DNA from: Octopus vulgaris
Lineage: Eukaryota
Assembly (NCBI GenBank): GCA_951406725.2
Contig: OX597822.1
Coordinates: 110,050,001 to 110,114,000 of the forward strand
Reading direction: 5' to 3'
Length of the DNA: 64,000 nucleotides
This document shows, piece by piece, positions 54,441-64,000 of this stretch. Each line of letters opens with the position of its first letter. Within the stretch, counting starts at the first letter, position 1. Both the position numbers and the translations under genes were made by a program. The notes below the pieces were generated by a model. That model did no database searches. It was not told the origin of the DNA and was given only the letters and a program-made list of their open reading frames with translations.

Positions 54441-56580
54441 TATAGAATACATTCATAGTTATTTTAGCTTTAGGTGTACTTATATATTATTATAGATGTA
54501 TATGTATGCCTTCCACCGATTTTTCGCCGATTTATACCACTAGAAAGCAAACCGGTAAACATGTGCGTTCGAAGATGCACTTTGTGATATTTATTCCGTC
54601 CGAGTTGCACAGACTTTTCCTCGTTACTTTCCCAGATTTGTAATGCAGTGAACAATCGAGAGGCTCGTTGAAATCTATAAACCAAAAAAAGAAGGACGTC
54701 TTAATCACTCCCAACCCCCAAAAAACAAAACATTTAACAAAAAGCAAAGAACCAAATGATAAAACAGACTGTAACATCATGAAAAGAAGACAAATAATAA
54801 TTTTTAAAAAAAACTTTAAGATAAGGACTGATAATCTTTTTCTGTTCTGTTTCAAAGAGATCGTTAATCGGTGAGTAAAACGAAAAATTAATCAACGTTC
54901 GTTGCACAACTAAACTTGAATTGATAAAAAAACCAACAAAATGTGTCGCACAAAGTGAATTGGTGATAGAGTATTGATCTCAAGTTTTTAAAATTTGTGG
55001 TCATCTGTGATAACAAAGTCTTTAGTAGAAGCAGAAGAGGCTTTCAGGGTTCTTCTTTTTAGCGAAATCCTATTCAGAACATTAAAAAAAAAACGATGTT
55101 GAATTCCTGTTCATTTGAGACTTCTATGCTAAAGGTTTGATTATAACAACTATGGAAAAGGATGAGTTGGACCTGTAGAATAATTAACGTGCGTGTGGTT
55201 GGATCACAATCGAAGCTCAAATGCTTTGCTTCAATGAAATGTAGTACCCTCGTGGAACACACAGTCCTGCAGACTATATGAGGGAAACCCCTGGTATAAG
55301 AAGTAAACCGAAATAATTCAAGTTAAAGGCAAGACAACACAGCAGAGTCAGTTTGCTGACAGGTCACTGTAATTTTACTGTGTTCACACATATTTACATA
55401 TATATGCAGAAGCCCCACCCTATGGATTAAGGACGCACACACGTCAATGGAATAAGGACACACAAACACACAAACACATATACACACATATTCACGCACG
55501 CACACATTTATACATGCATACGAGTATGGATTTGTTTATACGTTTACTTATTCACCCACACGCATATAAACATATACATTACCTGCAACTGAGAGCATAG
55601 ACGAACGATTGGACTTCACAGCCATACCGCAAGTTCTTCATCTTACTTCCTACTTCACAGGCAGTTTCCATAGTTCTCACGAGCGGATGCCACTTATCAA
55701 AAATAAGCAACAAGAATATCTTCGGTAATTTGGTACGATCGTTTCACGCTACATCATTTTATTAAATATTGTAAGTATTACAACAGTTTTAAAATGTTGA
55801 GCAATCATCAGCTATTTATAGAGGTTTTCCATTAATACATAAGTTCCATATCAATTGATAACATTATAGAGAAGGTAGATATATAAACAAAGATGTCGAT
55901 TTAAATTTTAAGAACATTAAGGTAGTAGAGTTTATCTTCCGACTGAAGAATATTCTTTTAGTTATTTTGAACTGCTAGAAGGTTGGGAAGTATAATCAGT
56001 TGAAAGAAGACAAAAATATTTTCTTTTTATAAAAATAGGGGTGAAATAAATGTCAGAAGGTCTTCATAAAGAAATTAAGGTAGAGAGGGGGTTGTAATGC
56101 CATAGAAGCTGTTTACTACTATTTGGCAAACAGATTTTGTATTAGGAAAACTAGGTCAATGTCAGATGGTCACAGTGACCACTTATGTATCAAAAAGTTA
56201 TAGAGAATACAGAGATCCCTTTATACTTATATACATCAGTTTTATACTTAGGTGGTAGGTGTTGAATATTTTGATACATTGGATTAAAGGAGAAATTATG
56301 AATCTATTTATTCATTTTGAAGAAAAATCTATCATTTATTACGAGTAGGCATAATACTCAATAACTGAGGACAAAAGTCTTATTAATAAAGTGAATATAT
56401 TAGGGGTCAAATATATATATTATAAAAACTGGAAGAGGAGTAATCAAGAAGAATAATTTTCTTAGGTTTAGAAGAAGGTGATTTATTTTTATGAAGAGAA
56501 GTAATTAAGAAGAGTAGATTACTCAGATTTAGTAGATAGTGAATTGTTAGTAAGGAATTAAAATATAGATTCTGTTCGAC

Positions 56581-56606
<26 letters not shown>

Positions 56607-56611
<5 letters not shown>

Positions 56612-56779
56612 TACATACATATAAGTGGGATGACCATTAAGTGGACATCCATATGCTAGAAGTCGACCCCCTATGGTCTTACCACTAAGAAAGAAATGTT
56701 CTGAAGAAAATTTAGGGGGTCGACTTCTTGCATATGGATGTCCACTTAGTGGTCATCCATCTTATATGTATGTAATATA
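56607..56779. repeat. Fold-back inverted repeat next to (TA)n
   Basis: About 67 bp arms 56607-56673 / 56713-56779. Confidence 0.85.
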
Positions 56780-56873
56780 ATTTTTCTGAATCTGCAAATT
56801 TTTCTATATGCTAGACCACTGGTTTTAAATTGATATTAATTAAATTAATATTCAATTTTTCACCCTTATTATT

Positions 56874-56921
<48 letters not shown>

Positions 56922-57089
56922 CTAACTGAAGTGTAAGGTATCGCACGAGTGGAAATATATATATATATATATACATCAAATGTGAGGATAAAATTATTTT
57001 CGAAAAAAAGTATTTCCTCGAAAACAATTTTATCAATGGCCAGCATATTAAAAAAATACCTTTAACGGTTAAATTTATATAATTCATAA

Positions 57090-57327
57090 ATGAGGGCAAG
57101 GGAAAAAAATTTCTAATGCCAAATATGCCGAAAAATTGGACATCTTGTCCATTAACCATATAGTTTTTTCACAATACGCACGCTACTCGAATAAAGGTCG
57201 ACAGAAATTTCTAAAAAATTCCATTACTACCATGCGTGCGTATTGTGAAAAAACTAGATGGTTAATGGACAATATGTCCAATTTTTCGGCATATTTGGCA
57301 TTAGAAATTTTTTTCCCTTGCCCTCAT
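57090..57327. repeat. Fold-back inverted repeat
   Basis: 94 bp arms 57090-57183 / 57234-57327. Confidence 0.85.
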
Positions 57328-57454
57328 GAATATAAACATATATAGAGGGTCAAGAGAAATGTGTTGTCATCGATAGATAATATCAGACTGAGCTAAAACC
57401 TTTGGCGATAAGATTAGTTTTAACTAAGGGCGGGAGATAATATTAGGCATGACT

Positions 57455-57580
57455 TTTTGGTAAGAAGCTTGATTCCCAACCACATGGTTCCAGGTTCAGC
57501 CCCACTGCGTCGCACCTTGGGGAAGTGTATTCTACTATAGCCTCGGGCCGATTAAAGCCTCGTGACTGGATTTCGTAGTC
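57455..57580 (+). mobile_element. SINE family A 5' fragment
   Basis: Homology to 3160-3285. Confidence 0.75.
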
Positions 57581-57703
57581 ATATGAATGGATTTGGCCCA
57601 TCATATATTTATATAAATAATTGTTAAAGAGGACAACAAACGCTAAGGCTAGAAAAACAGCTCAAGTTATATACATTATTATTATTATTGCCAAAAATTC
57701 AAA

Positions 57704-57759
57704 ATCTTAGACCTGTTTTGGGGATTTCTCAAAGTATGGGATATCCCGTCATCAGAAAC
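57704..57759 (-). ncRNA. Decayed hammerhead motif
   Basis: CTGATGA-C-GGGAT...ATCCC-CAAAAC-AG-GTC. Confidence 0.45.
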
Positions 57760-57984
57760 AAATAGGGAAAATGAGAAGGGTGTTGATTAATCTATACCCT
57801 TCTCATTTTGAGATGTTTGCCTTGCCTTAATGTTTGTTGTCCTTTTCAACTCTTTTTCGAAGCCGATAACCTAAGGTGTGTGTCAGGTATTGAAACTGAT
57901 TTAGTCGACTAGTATTCACTTCTGAAAATACCGTGCAACAGACAAAGGTGATTTTTTTTTATCTCTGTCACTTAAAACCATGGA

Positions 57985-58272
57985 AACCGGGTAATCGGCT
58001 TTTTGATCTCCATGTGTCTAACACACGTGGACATGCCTACAAAGTCAGAAAACAGCACAGCTCCCATGACTTTCGGAAACATTTTTTCACGCTCAGGGTT
58101 GCTGAAGCGTGGAATAAACTGCCTGCATCAGTTGTTGACTGCCATGACACTGCATCCTTTAAGGCCCTCATGCTTCCCGAAATTCGTCGAAACTACACCT
58201 GATTATATATACACTTTAGATGAGTTGTAGTGCACCTGAGCACTGTACACAATTATTATTATTATTATTATT
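57985..58272 (+). mobile_element. 3' end of a CR1/L2-group LINE with (ATT)n tail
   Basis: TRGHAYKV...FFTLRVAEAWNKLPASVV...SFK. Confidence 0.85.
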
Positions 58273-58790
58273 AAGAGTCCTAGAACTCAAGCACAAATTT
58301 CATTGTGATATGTTCAGTTTATAGTCACATAATAAATGTAAATATAGCTATGCGGTTACGAAAGTTTGTTTGAAGGTGCGTCGCCCTAGATTCGATTCTA
58401 CTACGCAAGAATTTAAACAGGCAATATCCATCTTAGCCATGCGTTGTCCACTGTGTGTAAATATAATTCGGAAAACTGAAGCAAATCCCGTGTACTTGAC
58501 ATATGTGTGTGTGTGCGCGCGTGTCGTGTATGTGTGTGTATGTATGTGTGAATATTTGTGCGTGAGTATGCATATATGTGTGTATCCGTTTTTGTGTTTA
58601 TGTTTAGATCAGAATTAGCTGATATTATGTCATTTTATAGTTTGCTTTCATATCTTATAGCCCTGAGTAGTTCGACAAATATAAACAACAAACAGAATAT
58701 CTAACTAACTGAAATACGGTATGGGCGAATTGCAATCAATGTAAAGGAATGCATGTAACTATCCATGTAAATATATTTATATAGATATAA

Positions 58791-59210
58791 GGCGGCGAGC
58801 TGGCAGAAACGTTAGCGCGCCGGACGAAACGCTCAGCGGTATTTCGTCTGCCGTTACGTTCTGAGTTCAAATTCCGCCCAGGTCGACTTTGCCTTTCATC
58901 CTTTCGGGGTCGATAAATTATGTACCAGTTACGCACTGGGGTCGATATAATCGACTTAATCCGTTTGTCTGTCCTTGTTTGGGCTCACTGTGTTTAGCCC
59001 CTTGTGGGTAGTAAAGAAATAGGTATTTCGTCTGCCGTTACGTTCCGTTCTGAGTTCAAATTCCGCCAAGGTTGACTTTGCATTTCATCTTTCGGGATCG
59101 ATTAAATAAGTACCATTTACGCACTGGGGGTCGATGTAATCGACTTAATCCGTTTGTCAGTCCTTGTTTGTCCCCTCTATGTTTAGCCCCTTGCGGGCAA
59201 TAAAGAAATA
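58791..59210 (+). mobile_element. Dimeric SINE family B
   Basis: Head plus two body units joined at AAAGAAATA|GGTATTTCGTC (about 59021). Confidence 0.9.
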
Positions 59211-59849
59211 TATATTTATATAGATACATAAATATAATCTTTATTTTCTGCCCAACAGTTTATTTTATGGGTATTATTGTTTGCTGTTGTCTCTGTATGT
59301 GAAAATATTTGGCACATTGCATGAAGTTACTAGAGTTCCATTTGAAAGAAGACAGAAACGTCAATTAGAATTGAATCATCTACTCAAACTAATCCAAATT
59401 CGAAGATGGAATTTGTGATTTTTGTCTGACATTAATCTTCAGTTATTCTCTCTAATAACTTTGATTTATTACTGGTTGCATAATTTTACGACAAACTGAT
59501 CAACTCCGTATTAAAAAATAAAATAAATAAATATGTGACGTTATATTTAGGAGGTAACAAATGTGTTTTAAGAACTTATTGCTCTCTTAGAGAAATGAAG
59601 AACAAAGCAAAATTCGTTCTGGCAGGCTCCAGCAGTTTAGAAAAGTATTTAAATATCAAATTATCTTTCTTCACGAGACGCAGGTTGAAATATAATTTTC
59701 CATATGACGTCATTTATACAAACATAGAATCGATGAGATCATAAAGCATACATTTGAAGATTTCTGAACAATTCTCTGATGTGAATAAAAGCATTATCGT
59801 ATTTGGAATTACTTGATGGAGGGAAACAAGGCAATAGAAGAATGTGCAC

Positions 59850-59908
<59 letters not shown>

Positions 59909-59911
<3 letters not shown>

Positions 59912-60130
59912 GACAGGTTACTGAAAAGTTCCTAGCTTTGGTTAAAGGGAAATATAGGAGGATCAGTTAATTATGATTTTATTCAACTTATTCGTCTCTT
60001 AGATTCACACACTTATTGCAGCGGTCCTTCAGTTTTTCTAAGCTCTGCAAAAGAACCCGGAAGATTGGGATTCCAACCAGACATTTTGCGATACCTTTAA
60101 AGCCAGGAACCTTTCAGCACCCTTTCGCAT
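59909..60130. mobile_element. Mariner-type MITE in (TA)n
   Basis: Imperfect about 30 bp TIRs TACGACAGGTTACTGAAAAGTTCCTAGCTTT / AAAGCCAGGAACCTTTCAGCACCCTTTCGCA. Confidence 0.75.
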
Positions 60131-60141
60131 ATGTGTATGTA

Positions 60142-60195
<54 letters not shown>

Positions 60196-60246
60196 TGCAT
60201 ATATATACATAAATAAATATATATATATATAAATAAATATAAGTAA

Positions 60247-60297
<51 letters not shown>

Positions 60298-60299
60298 AA

Positions 60300-60505
60300 C
60301 AATATGCAGCACGGATTTTTGTCAGTGAACAGGTCGCGGATTTTAGCGACGAAAATATTTTGACAAATTAAACTTAAATGTTGAAGTGAATCGAACGGCT
60401 TTTGTGTGTTTCTTAAATGGCTTATAAACACCTTCCACGCTGCAATTGTTTTCGTTTCAGCACACGATCTCAGATCAAATTACTTGCTATGCGAGTACAT
60501 CTCCG
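60300..60505 (+). mobile_element. Single copy of the G3-C8 hammerhead element (motif at 60318-60367)
   Basis: Homologous to 20948-21289; core GTGAACA and both stems are conserved while loop II differs. Confidence 0.75.
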
Positions 60506-61444
60506 TAATATATATATATACACATACATCTATTTTTTCTACATACATACATACATACATACATACACACATACATACATAAATACATACATACATAAAT
60601 ACAAGGAATCATGAATTACTATCGATCTGTTATTCATTAGAACGGTAATAGATAAATTATCTACTTTATTTCATTGAAATGCAAAAAAATTGTGATAAAG
60701 TTATATACGTATATAAATGTGCACACACACACACACACACACACAAACCCACACAGTATATATATACACTTACTCAATGTATACATTTATTATATAAACA
60801 TATACAAACGACATATACATTTATGTGTAAATGTGTGTGCGTTGGTATGCGGCAATTGGCGGAGTCGTTAGAACGCAGTACCGATTGCCTTATTTGTTCC
60901 AGTCCTACCCATTTCAACTTTATCTTTCATCTTTTCGAGATCGATGAACTCAAGTATCAATCAAGAATGGTGGTGATGAATATATGGCATTTTAGGGTGT
61001 CGGACGAGCTATCTTTCGTTATTTGTTCCAGCTTTTTACGTTGTGTCGATTTAAACGTTGGGCAAGTTTATGGTGTTGAAAACATTTTGGTCAGGCTTCT
61101 CGTTTGGAAGTAACTTACTCAATAGGGCAACTCTGTATATGACCATTATTCAAAGAGTGAAGAATACATCTGAATATCGTACAGTCTACAGACCTCAATC
61201 ACTCCCAACTACCATATTGCAGCCGATTTTTCATCTTACTTGTTAAAAGGCTTATTACCAACTTTACAGACTCCTTGTTCTTCTTTGCTCTTCTCGACCA
61301 TACGAGCTCTGTGAGCAGTGCTTCCGCGGAGAAGATTTCCATTTTTGCTCCCCGCTTCGCCAACAACTACGCATAGTGCCCATGTACTAAAACTCCTCAA
61401 AACTTATCCACCCTATTAGATATAAAATCTTATATCCATACATG

Positions 61445-61583
61445 TTTTTCAGTGTCCCTTTGTGTAGAAGAGCGTAGGCTCGAAACGTAAAAGACTTTTT
61501 CTATTCCTGAGCGTTATACTAATACATCTGTTTGTTTTGTACACCGCCTGTCTTCGTCTTTTGTTTTTTTCCGTAAACTCTCC
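61445..61583 (+). mobile_element. Second copy of the 48795 element (HHR-like at 61458-61493)
   Basis: Near identity to 48873-49006. Confidence 0.7.
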
Positions 61584-62037
<454 letters not shown>

Positions 62038-62043
<6 letters not shown>

Positions 62044-62450
62044 GGTGCATTATGCCGCCTTCTCATCAGGAAAAACAAGGAACTTATGTCAGCATCAAGA
62101 TGAACAAAAACTGTGGGCACTCATCTAAGAGTTTTTGTTCATCTTGATGCTGACATAAGTTCCTTGTTTTTCCTGATGAGAAGGCAGCATAATGCACCCC
62201 TTATTCCTTCGAAATTAGGAATATGCAGCCTTCGAAACATATGTCGAGAATAAAGGAATTTTGTTAAATCGTCGTTCAACTCCATTCTTTCATTTATTTG
62301 TATTAAAAAAAACACACAAATTTCCACACGAAAGCACGTGATCTCTGCCCTTGGCATGTAGCTTCAACCGTGTTTTTCTGACGTGAATTTGCTACCCAGG
62401 TATCGGTTAACCGAATTATCCATACTAAGATAATTCATTCAACTACTTAA
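62038..62450 (+). mobile_element. Hammerhead-bearing element with 5' inverted duplication, between (TA)n tracts
   Basis: 75 bp arms 62038-62112 / 62130-62204; HHR at 62162-62256. Confidence 0.75.
62162..62256 (+). ncRNA. Type I hammerhead ribozyme with fully canonical core
   Basis: CCTTGTTTTTC-CTGATGA-GAAGGC...GCCTTC-GAAAC-ATAT-GTC-GAGAATAAAGG; predicted cleavage after 62245. Confidence 0.85.
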
Positions 62451-62499
62451 ATATATATATGTATATATATACTTATATATATATATATATACACACATA

Positions 62500-64000
62500 T
62501 TGAACCTGTAACAACACCATTTGCATTACCCTTTGGAACTGCCAATTTGACATATCATTTGAACACAATTATTTACACAATAGTTCACCAATATTTTTTT
62601 CCAAAATGTCTATATTATATTTTTTCCAATGTCCACGTACCTTATTTTTTTCTTCAATATGCTGGTGTCTATTTTTTAGACCACCACTCACAGTCATAGT
62701 TTTCTATATACCTGTGCACCTTCCACAGATTCTTCAGGTCCGTCAGCATAAAGTCGTTCTCGGGCAGACCCCTTACACCTGCTATATGCACCTTGACTAT
62801 TCCGTCCCACGAATTTACTTCGTTATCCAATTCCTCAATCTGTCCATTGTACATCAATACGAATTTTTCATTACAGGGCGGGGTTGGTAATTTTGAGGCT
62901 CCTGTGTGTTTGCCATAGTTATTTTTGTCTGACTGAGCATGGGGAGGGGTTGGTGTTAGTAGAGAGTGGCTTGGGTAGTGTGGATGTAGGTGAGGGTCGA
63001 GTGGGTGTGGGTTGGGGGAAAATTTTTACCTTGTGTGTTTTTCCTCCTCTTCCTATTCTTTTACTCCTCGATTTCCCAACTGGTATTTGATTCTTCCTCC
63101 TTCTCCTCACTGGCACCTGTTTTCTTCTGTACTTCCATCTCACTTATATCTACCTCCACAGGCAGTGTAACACCAACCACATTTTCCTCCTGTCTCTCTT
63201 TGTTTTTTCTAGTGGTACAGGACACTCCGCTCGAATGTGGCCTTTCATGCCACATTTGTAACATCGCGGAAGCCTCCCTTCCATTCTAACTTTTGAAGTC
63301 GACTCTCCCACTGTGATACTTTCACCCATTTTTTCCGAGTCCTCCTCCGCGACCTGTGCCACCATTTCAAAGGTTTGTCCCTTTCAATGCTTGTGGGGTA
63401 TTCTGGTGGCCTGCAGGACCACCAGCTTCTCTTCCGTGCCCAGCAGTATGGCAACCACCAGCCAGGCTACATCCACTTCTGGTGGTATATCTTCCACTCG
63501 CACCCTGGAAGTACGTCTCCCAAGGTACATGGGTAGAAGCACCACCTCGACTGTCTTCAGTGGTATGGTCGAGTATAGTCTGGCAGTTGCTATCTCCCTA
63601 AACTGCACCTCCACCGTTCCATATTATATACTACCTCCTGCCAGACTAACCTCAGTGCCTTTTCTACCTGTGCTTCCGACACCTCGTCAATTTTCCTAGC
63701 TGCTTTGGCATAAGTTCTGTGTACAATTATTCTTTCTTCCTTGTCTTTTAATACTTTTTTAGGGGAGCACCTTCACATCGTTCTCCTCCCTTTCAAGCAT
63801 TTCCTTGAACTCACTCAACCCTTCCAGATTGATTTCTTCAATTTTTTCTCTAGCCGTCGCTGTATAATCTATCTTCTCCATTTTCTTGTCCATCTTGTTC
63901 AAGTATTCAACTAAATCATCCTCAGACGAATCACATTCTAGGGAAGAATATCTCAACTCTTCCCAGCTTCTCGCGCGACGCCACTCCATTATACAAGAAG
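62500..64000 (-). mobile_element. Frameshifted ORF1/gag-like element with CCHC zinc knuckle, running off the window
   Basis: LPRCYKCGMKGHIRAECP (CX2CX4HX4C) at about 63230-63280; co-oriented ORF pieces 63989 to 62669. Confidence 0.7.

Overview
AT-rich, microsatellite-dense eukaryotic DNA. The repeat content (tRNA-derived SINEs, huge (TA)n/(AAT)n/(TAGA)n tracts, mariner, RTE, CR1-like and RLE LINEs) suggests a cephalopod such as Octopus; this is an inference from repeat style. No intact host gene is visible and most ORF-track entries are microsatellite artefacts. The window is mainly transposon debris: three tRNA-SINE families, one full-length frameshifted mariner plus several decayed Tc1/mariner copies, a Merlin fragment, Helitron-like elements, a deleted Gypsy LTR element, RTE, CR1-like and (AAT)n-targeting RLE LINE ends, and an ORF1/gag-like CCHC element. 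The main hidden signal is more than a dozen type I, minimal-helix-III hammerhead ribozyme (HHR) motifs from about 8-9 different short non-coding element families. They mostly sit in (TA)n or (AAT)n tracts and often form fold-back inverted duplications, like Penelope-like-element termini or non-LTR retrozymes. They include a canonical-core candidate (62162-62256), a family with a compensatory G3-C8 core swap (three copies), and a tRNA-headed HHR element. Scattered minus-strand cadherin-like peptide relics may mark a dead cadherin-repeat gene. All folds and translations were done by eye and need computational and biochemical confirmation.
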